From positions 1 through 64,000 of the IMG/VR virus record IMGVR_UViG_3300020442_002635: a stretch of 64,000 nt of DNA; one strand, written 5' to 3'. Under the pieces are notes generated by a model. It saw nothing but the letters and a program-made list of their open reading frames with translations. It did not search any database and had not been told where the DNA came from. The translations under genes and the position numbers were made by a program. Source of the DNA: a virus. This document shows positions 24,970 through 35,091 of the stretch, one piece after another; the stretch's first letter is position 1; each line of letters starts with the position of its first letter.

Positions 24970-27429
24970 TCACTCATCTTTAAGGTAAGCATTAAACTGC
25001 ATATTACTATTTTGATATGTACTTATACCAACACTTCCAAGTTTCCATTGTGTTCCTGGAATTTGGATTGGTGATGAATATGCAATCTCACTAGTATTAT
25101 TACCAACTTCTCCACCATAAGCACCAAGACCCCACGCCCACAATGTTCCATCAGTCTTCTTAGCACGACTTCCATATCTAGTACATCTAAATTCATTAGT
25201 CCACTGAGTTCCTGAAATTTGAATTGGTGATGAATAATATGCATCATTATTAAGACCCAAAGAACCGTTGGAGTTTATTCCCCATGTCCATAGGTATCCA
25301 TCTCCCTTACTAGCAAGACAATGGTAATTACCTGATGACACATCAGTCCATGTTCCTGGAACTTGTGTTGGTGATGAACGATTTACTACATCATTGAGAC
25401 CCAAACCACCATAAGTTTGATTAATTCCCCATCCCCAAAGAGTTCCATCAGTTTTAAGTGCCATAGCTCTAGAATACCCACCTACTGCATATTTCCATTC
25501 TGTTCCTGAAATTTGATTTGGTGATGACCTAGGAACGCTGGCGCTGCTGTTGGTCCAACCCAGGGCTCCCATGTAATCATATCCCCATGACCACAATGTT
25601 CCATCAGTTTTTGTGCAATACATTGAATCTCTTCCAACAGCCGGTACACCCCATTCTGTTCCTGGAACTTGAGTTGGTGATGAACGACTTATACCTTGAT
25701 CATTAACACCATGTTTACCATTATTATCATTTCCCCATGTCCATAATGTTCCATCAGTCTTTTTGGCTATAGTAGTTCCGTATGTTTTTAATCCACCTTC
25801 CCATTGTGTCCCTGGAACTTGAACTGGTGATGAACGATCTACTCTATCATTTGCACCATATTCTCCATTCTGATTAAGTCCCCATGCCCAAAGAGTTCCA
25901 TCTGTTTTAACTGCTGTTATACATTCCTGCATTATATCAGTATGAATATTTTTCCATTGTGTCCCTGGAACTTGAACTGGTGATGAACGTTTTATTATAT
26001 CACCTTGTCCCAGTTGTCCATATAGATTATCACCCGTCATATACAAACTATATGCTGGACTAGTTAAAGCAACAGTTCCAAAATAATAACTTGAAATACC
26101 AACACTATCGCTGGTTCTCATTGTATCTTGGAATGCATTTGCAGGGAACAGTACATAATAGTTTGTACCACCAATACCAAGATCGGTTGCAGGATTAATT
26201 GTTAAAGTTGCATTGTCAATAGAGATTGTTGAACTAGATCCAACAGTAGCAACATCAAATCTTTCTGATACATTATCTTGAACAACAATTTCCCCAATCA
26301 TTGCAGGGTGAATACTGCACTGATAATAATATGTTCCTGGTGTAACTCCAAAAGTATCCCAGGTTGTGGTTGCTGTTCCTTCTCCTGTTAGTGTGCCTTC
26401 ACTTACACTTGCACCACCATCACTGACCCTAATATACAGTGGGTGATCTCCGTACACACTATTGCTGAATATGAGTGTATCACCAACATTTACTGTAATA
26501 GTTACATTATTTCCACTTACAGCACCACTTCTATCATTTCCTGCTACACCATAGAGACCAGCTCCTGGAGATGTAATTGCCTGGGTGTATGATAATTCTT
26601 CTGTTTGAATCGTAACAATACCAACATTTGCTGAGATTGGTTTTTGAAACGTTAAAACAATATTTGTATCTGCTGCAATTCCAGTTGCACCAATACCAGG
26701 ACTATAGACAAGAGGTTCTAATGCACCACCAATGTTCGTCAGTCCTGATCCATCACCACTAAATGATGTAGCTGTAATGATTCCTGTTGTATTGATACTA
26801 CCTGTGGTTCCAATACCAGCAACGACACCTTCTAAACCCGATCCATCACCATAGAATACTGATGCTGTAACAATACCAGCAGTAATACCATCAGAACTTA
26901 CTGTTGCACCTGATCCAATAGTGACTCTATTTGTAGATCCATTTACTACGATACTACTAGTTCCAATGGTTGCAATACCAGTGATAGTAATGTTACCTGC
27001 AGTATCCCAATTTGGGCCTCCAGATGTTAAGTTGTAACCATATATAGATCCATCATCTACAGATGACATCTGAACTTTACCACCAAATACAAGACCATAG
27101 AAGGTCAATGCTGCATCAGGTGCTGTTGTAAATGTAATATTACTTCCTGATGTTGTATAATCTGTTCCTGCTTCTTGTACAACACCACCAAGACTGATAA
27201 TGACTTGAGCATCACTTACTGGAGTAATAGGATAACTTCCAGAAGTTAATGCAAAGGTTGTATCAGATCCATTAAAGGACCCTGATATATTATCAAGTTC
27301 CTTTATATTTTTTGGATTTTGAGTATTGAAGTTAATCCAAACGGTACCATTCCATTGATACACATTCCCTGATGCAGTATCAACATGAATTTGGTTTACA
27401 CTTGGACTTCCAGGAAATGATAGTGCCAT
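24970..27429 (-). CDS. class A RCC1-like beta-propeller virion protein with Ig-like domain and inserted cupredoxin domain
   Basis: MALSFP.SP N-terminus; seven SSPxQxxG blades with K.DG.LW.WG; YYYQCSIHPAM. Confidence 0.85.
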   Translation of the reverse strand: MALSFPGSPSVNQIHVDTASGNVYQWNGTVWINFNTQNPKNIKELDNISGSFNGSDTTFALTSGSYPITPVSDAQVIISLGGVVQEAGTDYTTSGSNITFTTAPDAALTFYGLVFGGKVQMSSVDDGSIYGYNLTSGGPNWDTAGNITITGIATIGTSSIVVNGSTNRVTIGSGATVSSDGITAGIVTASVFYGDGSGLEGVVAGIGTTGSINTTGIITATSFSGDGSGLTNIGGALEPLVYSPGIGATGIAADTNIVLTFQKPISANVGIVTIQTEELSYTQAITSPGAGLYGVAGNDRSGAVSGNNVTITVNVGDTLIFSNSVYGDHPLYIRVSDGGASVSEGTLTGEGTATTTWDTFGVTPGTYYYQCSIHPAMIGEIVVQDNVSERFDVATVGSSSTISIDNATLTINPATDLGIGGTNYYVLFPANAFQDTMRTSDSVGISSYYFGTVALTSPAYSLYMTGDNLYGQLGQGDIIKRSSPVQVPGTQWKNIHTDIMQECITAVKTDGTLWAWGLNQNGEYGANDRVDRSSPVQVPGTQWEGGLKTYGTTIAKKTDGTLWTWGNDNNGKHGVNDQGISRSSPTQVPGTEWGVPAVGRDSMYCTKTDGTLWSWGYDYMGALGWTNSSASVPRSSPNQISGTEWKYAVGGYSRAMALKTDGTLWGWGINQTYGGLGLNDVVNRSSPTQVPGTWTDVSSGNYHCLASKGDGYLWTWGINSNGSLGLNNDAYYSSPIQISGTQWTNEFRCTRYGSRAKKTDGTLWAWGLGAYGGEVGNNTSEIAYSSPIQIPGTQWKLGSVGISTYQNSNMQFNAYLKDE

Positions 27430-27453
27430 TATTGTCTACACTTTTTTAGTTAT

Positions 27454-29613
27454 TTATGGATAATCCTTCAAGTAGAATGTTGAACCTTCAGCAACTTGTC
27501 CATAAGCCCATTTGGTTCCTGGAACTTGTACTGGTGATGAATACTGCACAGAGCCACTATCATTAAGTCCAAATCTTCCAGGGCTTTGATTACCCCACAT
27601 CCAGAATGTTCCATCAGTCTTAGTTGCACAATAGAAATAGTTACCACCACTAACCATTTCCCATTGATTTCCTGGAATTTGTACTGGTGATGAATAATAG
27701 TTAACTGTGGTGCTATTTTGAGCAAATCCCCCACTTCCACCATTTCCACCTAGAGCCCATAGTGTTCCATCTGTTTTAATTGCAAAAGTAACTTGACCAG
27801 CACTAGTAAACTTCCATTCACCTGGGATTTGGTGTGGTGATGAACGTCTTACTAGATCATTTATACCACATTCTCCATGATCATTATATCCCCATGCCCA
27901 CAGACTGTTATCTTCTTTTATGGCCATCATTGGTCTTTGTTTATGAGATTGACCATTTTTACTTGACCATGTTCCTGGAATTTGAATTGGTGAGGAATAA
28001 GATATTGTAGTGTTTTGGCCAAGATTACCGTAACCATTATCTCCCCATACCCACATTGTTCCATCTGTTTTGAAAGCATATGACATTCGATCGCCTTCAT
28101 TACATTCCTGAACTCCAGAAAGTTTCCATTGGGTTCCTTGAATTTGAACTGGTGATTGGTAATCAGTGGTGTTATTTAATCCAAGATTACCATATCCATT
28201 CTCACCCCAACCCCATAGTGTTCCGTCAGTTTTGGTTGCCAATGCATACCTGCTTGTGGCACCACCCATGAAAATATCATTCCATTGGGTTCCTTGAATT
28301 TGAGTTGGTGATGAGCGATGTTCATTATTAGATAATCCTAATATACCACCATTAGCTTGCCCCCATGCCCACAGTGTTCCATCAGTCTTAGTTCCAAGTG
28401 CCGAATTCCTTTGATTAGTGACGTATCGCCATGAATTCCCTGAAATCTGGGCTGGTGATGAATAAGATATTCCTTGATTGTTTTGGCCAAGAACTCCACT
28501 ACTACCAGAACCTGATGCAAAAAGTTGGAAAGTTCCATCAAATGGATCAGTATAAGTTACCCCTTCAGTTTCAAAGGAATAAGTTGAAATTCCTGGAGAT
28601 GATGAAGTATTCAGTATATCTTTGTAAGAACCAGCAGGAACTGCAACATAAATTGATGTAGAGAAACTAAAATTAGAAGCTGGATTAATTGTAATTTGAC
28701 CACCACTGATTGTAATATTATCACTAGTTGCTACATCAAAACTTTCTACTGTTGATCCATCAGCAGCACCTTCTTTGAGTGTGATGGTTCCAGTATTAGC
28801 CTTAACTGGTTTGTTGAAAGTAATAACGATATTTGACGTTGCACCTACTCCTGTTGCAGCAATGCCAGGACTGTATGAAATGGCGTGCATTTGTCCGCCA
28901 ATATTTGTAAGTTCTGCTCCAGATCCACTAAATGATGATGCAGTAATGATACCAGATGTATTAACACTATCTGTGGTTCCAATTCCACTGGTAACACCAT
29001 CTAAATTAGATCCATCACCATAGAATGTTGTTGCAGTAACGATACCAGATCCACCAATTACAATACCACTTGCATTTATTGTGGCTCCTGTTCCTACTCT
29101 TATCTCATTTGATGGACCATCAATAACAACACTACTTGATCCAACAGTAACAATACCAGCAACAGTTACATCTCCTCCAACGTTCCATATAGGACCACCA
29201 GTACTAAGTGAGGATGTAGTAATTGATCCTGCAGCAACACTATTCATGGATACTGATGATCCATAGAACATACCTTGGAAAGTCAGACCTGCATCTGGTG
29301 CAGTTGTAAATGTTATCTGATCTCCAGAGATTGTAAAGTCATCACCAGCATTTTGTAAGATGCCACCAATAACAATAGTGATTTGATTAACACTTAAAGG
29401 ATAAACCTTTGTTGATCCATTTGCAAATGTTAGTGAAAATGTCGTGGTGGATCCATTAAAAGAACTCGATATATCATCAAATTCTTTTAATGATGTTGTT
29501 TGTGTGGATGCAACAGAAATCCATACAGTTCCATTCCACTGGTAGGTAAAACCTGACGTATTATCAGTGAAGTATTCATTTGTGGCTGGATTGTCTGGAA
29601 AATTAAGAGCCAT
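27454..29613 (-). CDS. class A RCC1-like beta-propeller virion protein
   Basis: MALNFPDNP N-terminus; Ig-like domain; seven blades. Confidence 0.85.
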   Translation of the reverse strand: MALNFPDNPATNEYFTDNTSGFTYQWNGTVWISVASTQTTSLKEFDDISSSFNGSTTTFSLTFANGSTKVYPLSVNQITIVIGGILQNAGDDFTISGDQITFTTAPDAGLTFQGMFYGSSVSMNSVAAGSITTSSLSTGGPIWNVGGDVTVAGIVTVGSSSVVIDGPSNEIRVGTGATINASGIVIGGSGIVTATTFYGDGSNLDGVTSGIGTTDSVNTSGIITASSFSGSGAELTNIGGQMHAISYSPGIAATGVGATSNIVITFNKPVKANTGTITLKEGAADGSTVESFDVATSDNITISGGQITINPASNFSFSTSIYVAVPAGSYKDILNTSSSPGISTYSFETEGVTYTDPFDGTFQLFASGSGSSGVLGQNNQGISYSSPAQISGNSWRYVTNQRNSALGTKTDGTLWAWGQANGGILGLSNNEHRSSPTQIQGTQWNDIFMGGATSRYALATKTDGTLWGWGENGYGNLGLNNTTDYQSPVQIQGTQWKLSGVQECNEGDRMSYAFKTDGTMWVWGDNGYGNLGQNTTISYSSPIQIPGTWSSKNGQSHKQRPMMAIKEDNSLWAWGYNDHGECGINDLVRRSSPHQIPGEWKFTSAGQVTFAIKTDGTLWALGGNGGSGGFAQNSTTVNYYSSPVQIPGNQWEMVSGGNYFYCATKTDGTFWMWGNQSPGRFGLNDSGSVQYSSPVQVPGTKWAYGQVAEGSTFYLKDYP

Positions 29614-29636
29614 TATTCCTACACTTTTTTAGTTAT

Positions 29637-31790
29637 TTATGAGTAGTTCTTCATCAAAAATGTTGAACCTTCAGCAACGACCCCATAAGCCCATTGGGTT
29701 CCTGGAACTTGGATTGGTGATGAATATGAAGTGGTTAGACCATTATTGTTTCCAAATCTTCCGGGAGCACTATATCCCCACATCCAGAGTGATCCATCAG
29801 TCTTAGTTGCGACATAGAAATAGTTACCACCCTGAACTGTTTCCCATTGTGTTCCTGGAATTTGAATTGGAGAGGAACGAGGTACGTCAGCAATGTTTAA
29901 AGGTATACTTCCATTGCTGCCATTTCCACCTATGCACCATAGTGTCCCATCTGTTTTAATTCCAAAATTGGCTTGTCCAGAAGTAACCATATTCCATTCA
30001 CCTGGAACTTGTTTTGGTGATGAACGTTGTGCCGTATCATTAAATCCCAAGTTTCCATTACCATTATATCCCCATGCCCACAGACTGTTATCTTCTTTTA
30101 TTGCAAATACTCCCCTTGAGAAATAGAATCGACCATTTTCAGTTTCCCATGTTCCTGGAATTTGAACTGGTGATGAACAAGTTACTTCATTATTTTGACC
30201 AAGCGATCCACCACTATTAGAACCCCATCCCCATAGGCTTCCATCAGTTTTGAAAGCAAATGCCGACGATGTACCTTCATTAGCTTCACCAAAAGCAACT
30301 TTCCATTGGGTTCCTTGAACTTGAACTGGTGATCCATTATCGTTAATGTTATTGTGTCCAAGTTGACCGTGGCCATTGGTTCCCCACGTCCATAATGTTC
30401 CATCAGTTTTGGTTGCCATTGCAGCCTTTGAAGTTTGAGCAGTCATAGCAATATCATTCCATTGGGTTCCTGGAATTTGTTTTGGCGATGAAAAAGGTGT
30501 AAGATTATTATGACCTAATACATAACCACTACCATCTCCCCAACTCCATAGTGATCCATCAGTTTTGGTTGCAATTGCCGAATTCCTTTGATTGACAGCA
30601 TATCGCCATGAATCCCCTGAAATTTGTCTTGGTGATGAATAATTTATTCCGGAGTTATTGTGACCAAGAACTCCACTACTACCAGAACCTGTTGTATAAA
30701 GTTGGAAAGTTCCATCAAATGGATCACTATAAGGTAATGTTAAAGCAGTTACAAAGGTAAAGCTTGTAATGCCTAAGTTTCCACCAGTATCATAACTATC
30801 TCTGACTGTATTTGCAGGAACCTCAACAAAGTATGTTGTACCTGTACCAAGAGTTGAGTCTGGTGTAATGGAAAGTGTTGCTCCAGAAATTGCAATAGTA
30901 GAACTTGATCCTACAGTTGCGACATCAAAACTTTCTACAATCGTACCACTAATTGAATTCTCTCTTAAATTGATAACTCCAGTATTTTTTGTAATGGATT
31001 TGGTAAATGTAATACCAATACCAGTATCAGTTGCTGCTTGTGTTGCACCAATACCAGGGTTGTAGATTAATCCTGCAAGATATCCACCTACGTCAGTTAG
31101 ATTTCTACCGTCTCCTGTAAATGATGTTGCAGTAATAATACCTGATGTATTAGCACTTCCATCAGTTCCAAGTCCACCAACAATACCATCTAAATTAGAT
31201 CCATCACCAACATATGATCCTGCAGTGATAATACCAACGATATCAATACCACTTTCATTAATCGTACCTGCAGTACCTACAGTAATCTGATTTGCATCTC
31301 CATCAAGAGTAACACTACTCGTTCCAGATGTTAAAATGCCACTTACAATAAAATCACCAGAGGAATTCCATGAGAATCCACCAGTTGATAGTGCTTCTGG
31401 GCCTACACTTGCATTAGGTAATGTTGATTTTGATTGATCAGTTTGTAATACCTGAGCAAAGAATGTCAGACCATTAGTTGGTGGTGTTGAAAATGTAATC
31501 TGCGTACCAAATACAGAGTAATCATCACCTGGATTCTGTAAAACACCACCAAGACTAACAATTGTCTTATTAGTTTCTAATGGAGCAATTACTTCTCCAT
31601 TACATAAGAAATCAAAAACCGCTTCACTTCCATCGAAAGAAGCAGAAATGTCATCAACCTGTTTTATATTGCCAATCTTTCTATCAACGGTACTTATCCA
31701 GACAGTCCCATTCCAGGTATATGTAAAACCAGAAGTACTATCTCTATATGTATCATTTAGACTGGGATTATCTGGAAAATTAAGTGCCAT
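29637..31790 (-). CDS. class A RCC1-like beta-propeller virion protein
   Basis: MALNFPDNP N-terminus; Ig-like domain; seven blades. Confidence 0.85.
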   Translation of the reverse strand: MALNFPDNPSLNDTYRDSTSGFTYTWNGTVWISTVDRKIGNIKQVDDISASFDGSEAVFDFLCNGEVIAPLETNKTIVSLGGVLQNPGDDYSVFGTQITFSTPPTNGLTFFAQVLQTDQSKSTLPNASVGPEALSTGGFSWNSSGDFIVSGILTSGTSSVTLDGDANQITVGTAGTINESGIDIVGIITAGSYVGDGSNLDGIVGGLGTDGSANTSGIITATSFTGDGRNLTDVGGYLAGLIYNPGIGATQAATDTGIGITFTKSITKNTGVINLRENSISGTIVESFDVATVGSSSTIAISGATLSITPDSTLGTGTTYFVEVPANTVRDSYDTGGNLGITSFTFVTALTLPYSDPFDGTFQLYTTGSGSSGVLGHNNSGINYSSPRQISGDSWRYAVNQRNSAIATKTDGSLWSWGDGSGYVLGHNNLTPFSSPKQIPGTQWNDIAMTAQTSKAAMATKTDGTLWTWGTNGHGQLGHNNINDNGSPVQVQGTQWKVAFGEANEGTSSAFAFKTDGSLWGWGSNSGGSLGQNNEVTCSSPVQIPGTWETENGRFYFSRGVFAIKEDNSLWAWGYNGNGNLGFNDTAQRSSPKQVPGEWNMVTSGQANFGIKTDGTLWCIGGNGSNGSIPLNIADVPRSSPIQIPGTQWETVQGGNYFYVATKTDGSLWMWGYSAPGRFGNNNGLTTSYSSPIQVPGTQWAYGVVAEGSTFLMKNYS

Positions 31791-31822
31791 TATGCCTACT
31801 TTTTAGTTATTTATGAAGTGCC

Positions 31823-33433
31823 TTATGAGACTGTTCCTCTAAAGGCAAATGTAGTAGCTTCTGCAGACATTCCAACATACCAATTTGTTCCAGGAATTTG
31901 TACTGGTGATGAACGAGGTATTACATCATTCAAACCAAGTCTACCATTTTCATTATATCCAGACACCCAAAATGTACCATCAGTTTTGGTTGCTTGTAAA
32001 AAATAATTACCAGCTATAGCTTCATTCCATTGGGTTCCTGAAACTTGTTTTGGTGATGAATAACTTACATGATCATTATGAGAAAGATAACCATAAGTAC
32101 CTACTCCCCATGTCCATAATGTACCATCAGTTTTAGTTGCAGCAGTTCCTTGGGATCCTGCAATAGTTTTCCATTGGGTTCCTGGAATTTGAATTGGTGA
32201 TGAATAATTGCCATATGTGACATTAGTACCCAATCTATCACCCATTCCCCACACCCATAATGATCCATCAGTTTTCATACCTGCCATACAATAAGCCGTG
32301 TTAGATTTAAAATTATCACTATCCCATTGTGTTCCTGGAACTTGAACTGGTGAAGAAGTATAATAACTTACATTCTGTCCAGTGTATCTATCATTGCCAC
32401 ATGTCCATAATGTACCATCAGTTTTGAATGCAAAAAATGCGTTTCCACCATCATTAGCACTGTTTCTTGCAAGAACCCAATTTGTTCCTGGAACTTGAAC
32501 TGGTGATGAACGATGTACTCTATCATTTATGCCCAATTGCCCACTATCATTATTACCCCACGCCCACAATGTTCCATCATCTTTAGATGCTAAACAAGCA
32601 CTATAAGGATGAGTAGTTTTAACCCATTGGGTTCCAGGAATTTGGATCGGTGATGAAATATCATCGGATGGATCGTTTATACCCAAACGTCCCTCAGAAT
32701 TGCGACCCCATACCCATAATGTTCCATCACTTTTTATTCCATAAACTGCTTGCAAAGTTGTATTAATTTCCCTCCAATTTGTTCCTGGAATTTGAACTGG
32801 TGATGAGCGATGAGTAGTATAATTTTGACCTAACTGACCATAAGATCCTTGTCCCGCTACAAATAATTCTGCATTAAGACCTGGTGGAGGAGCATCATAT
32901 TGCATTGCTTCATAACCATACCAAGTAACACCTTGGTCTCTTGTGGTTAAATTGAAGATCTGCACATCATTAGCACTACTACTATCAATTAATGTAGGAG
33001 CAGATCCACCATTCCAGATGATAGATTCTGGCCAAGTAATAGTTCTTGCATCAGTTGTATCATCCTTTACTCTTATAAAGAAAAGTTCTTGTACTGATTC
33101 TGTACTTGCAAATGCAACAGTAGTATCAGTATCTTGCGTAAAGTAAATTACATTACCAGCAGAAAGATCAATTGTTGTTGTACCTGATTGTGCTGCTGTT
33201 GTTTGTCCTACATATCCTGCTGCTGCAACCCCATCTAGGTTTGATCCATCACCATAAAATGATGTTGCAGTAACAACACCTGCAGTAACATTTGCTCCGG
33301 CAGCAAGACCAGTAACAGTACCACCAGAACCAACAAAAGATGTTGCTGTTACAATACCAGCACCAGTCACATTAATTCCTGGCGGAGTAAACGTATCTAT
33401 AGGTGAAATTAATTGTGCCTTTTGTTGACTCAT
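31823..33433 (-). CDS. class B RCC1-like beta-propeller virion protein
   Basis: MSQQKAQLI N-terminus; TIDLSAGN...WP.SIIWNGG..PTL...TRDQGVTWYG domain; seven blades. Confidence 0.85.
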   Translation of the reverse strand: MSQQKAQLISPIDTFTPPGINVTGAGIVTATSFVGSGGTVTGLAAGANVTAGVVTATSFYGDGSNLDGVAAAGYVGQTTAAQSGTTTIDLSAGNVIYFTQDTDTTVAFASTESVQELFFIRVKDDTTDARTITWPESIIWNGGSAPTLIDSSSANDVQIFNLTTRDQGVTWYGYEAMQYDAPPPGLNAELFVAGQGSYGQLGQNYTTHRSSPVQIPGTNWREINTTLQAVYGIKSDGTLWVWGRNSEGRLGINDPSDDISSPIQIPGTQWVKTTHPYSACLASKDDGTLWAWGNNDSGQLGINDRVHRSSPVQVPGTNWVLARNSANDGGNAFFAFKTDGTLWTCGNDRYTGQNVSYYTSSPVQVPGTQWDSDNFKSNTAYCMAGMKTDGSLWVWGMGDRLGTNVTYGNYSSPIQIPGTQWKTIAGSQGTAATKTDGTLWTWGVGTYGYLSHNDHVSYSSPKQVSGTQWNEAIAGNYFLQATKTDGTFWVSGYNENGRLGLNDVIPRSSPVQIPGTNWYVGMSAEATTFAFRGTVS

Positions 33434-33449
33434 GGTGTTTTTTAGTTAT

Positions 33450-35075
33450 TTATTGTTTAATTGCACCTGAAGATACTCCAGAACAAAGATTGTCTTTCCA
33501 TCCTGTTCCTGGAAGTTGAATTGGTGATGAACGATTTATTGTATCATTAAGACCTAATCTACCAGCACTGTTGCTACCCCATGTCCACAATGTTCCATCA
33601 GTTTTGGTACAAAGACCTCCAACATATGATTGATTGTGACTGGCACTAACGTTTACAGCTTTCCATGAGGTTCCTGGAATTTGAGTTGGTGATGAATAAT
33701 GCACTACATTATTTTGACCCAATTGCCCATTACCATTGAATCCCCAAGACCATAGTGTTCCATCGGTTTTAAGAGCTCTAAGTACATATCTATCACCCCC
33801 TAAAGCAAATTCTCCAGTATCCCATTGTGTTCCTGGAATTTGAGTTGGTGATGAACGTCTATGATTGGAAGAACTGTTAATACCAAGTCCTTGTAGGTTT
33901 CCCCATGACCATAATGTTCCATCAGTTTTGGTTGCTAAAGTGATACCATAAGTTGCTTTTACTGTTGCCCACTGAGTTCCTGGAATTTGAGCCGGTGATG
34001 AACGATGTGCTCTATCATTAATACCTAGATCACCATAATAATTATATCCCCACGCCCACAGTGTTCCATCAGTTTTTTTACAGAATCCAGATCCATAATT
34101 TGCACTTAATGACTCATTATTCCATGTTCCTGGAACTTGGATTGGTGATGAACGATACACTCTATCATTTTGGGCTAAGTGACCAATTGAATTATCTCCC
34201 CACGCCCATACTGTTCCATCAGTTTTGGTTGCGAAGGTAGCAGCATAACGATTCACCTGAATTCTTGACCACTCAGTTCCTGGAATTTGTACTGGCGATG
34301 AACGTGGAACATAGGGGTCAGACTGGGCAAGAATTCCCTGACCGTCCTCGCCCCACGCCAATAATGTTCCATCATTTCTGATTACACCTACACTACTTTG
34401 ACTACCTCCACCAATACTTAGATAACTCCATCCCGTTCCTGGAATTTGAGTTGGTGATGAAAGTTTTACTAAGTTATTTTGTCCCAATTCACCATAAGTG
34501 TTATCGCCCCATAAAAACAAACTAATTGGTTCAGCAGGATCATTCTTCATTGTTTCATAACCATACCAAGTAACACCTTGGTCTCTAGTTATGAGTTTAA
34601 AGATTTGTACATCACCTGCTTGAGAACTATCGATCAATGTAGGTTCAGTTCCACCGTTCCAGATAATGGATGCTGGCCAAGTAATTGTTCTTGCATCAGT
34701 TGTTGCATCCTTATCTCTAATAAAATCAACAACCTGAACTGATTCAGTATTTGCAAATGCAACTGTTGTATTTGTATCTTGCGTAAAGTAAATTATATTT
34801 CCAAGCGACAAGTCAATTGTTGTCGTTCCAGATTGTGCTGCAGTCACAACACCAATGAATGTAGATCCTGCAACACCTGTTAGATTTTCACCATTTCCAT
34901 AAAAACTCACTGCAGTAACAATACCTGCATTAACATTTGGAGTTCCTATAATTGACCCTGCTGCACCAACAAGGTTTCCATCAAAAGTAGTAGCAGTCAA
35001 AGTACCAGAAACATTCACCCCTGGTGCAGTCATTATTCCAACTGGTTGTATTAATTGTACCTTTGTCTGACTCAT
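33450..35075 (-). CDS. class B RCC1-like beta-propeller virion protein
   Basis: MSQTKVQLI N-terminus; same adaptor domain; seven blades. Confidence 0.85.
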   Translation of the reverse strand: MSQTKVQLIQPVGIMTAPGVNVSGTLTATTFDGNLVGAAGSIIGTPNVNAGIVTAVSFYGNGENLTGVAGSTFIGVVTAAQSGTTTIDLSLGNIIYFTQDTNTTVAFANTESVQVVDFIRDKDATTDARTITWPASIIWNGGTEPTLIDSSQAGDVQIFKLITRDQGVTWYGYETMKNDPAEPISLFLWGDNTYGELGQNNLVKLSSPTQIPGTGWSYLSIGGGSQSSVGVIRNDGTLLAWGEDGQGILAQSDPYVPRSSPVQIPGTEWSRIQVNRYAATFATKTDGTVWAWGDNSIGHLAQNDRVYRSSPIQVPGTWNNESLSANYGSGFCKKTDGTLWAWGYNYYGDLGINDRAHRSSPAQIPGTQWATVKATYGITLATKTDGTLWSWGNLQGLGINSSSNHRRSSPTQIPGTQWDTGEFALGGDRYVLRALKTDGTLWSWGFNGNGQLGQNNVVHYSSPTQIPGTSWKAVNVSASHNQSYVGGLCTKTDGTLWTWGSNSAGRLGLNDTINRSSPIQLPGTGWKDNLCSGVSSGAIKQ

Positions 35076-35091
35076 GGTGTTTTTTAGTTAT

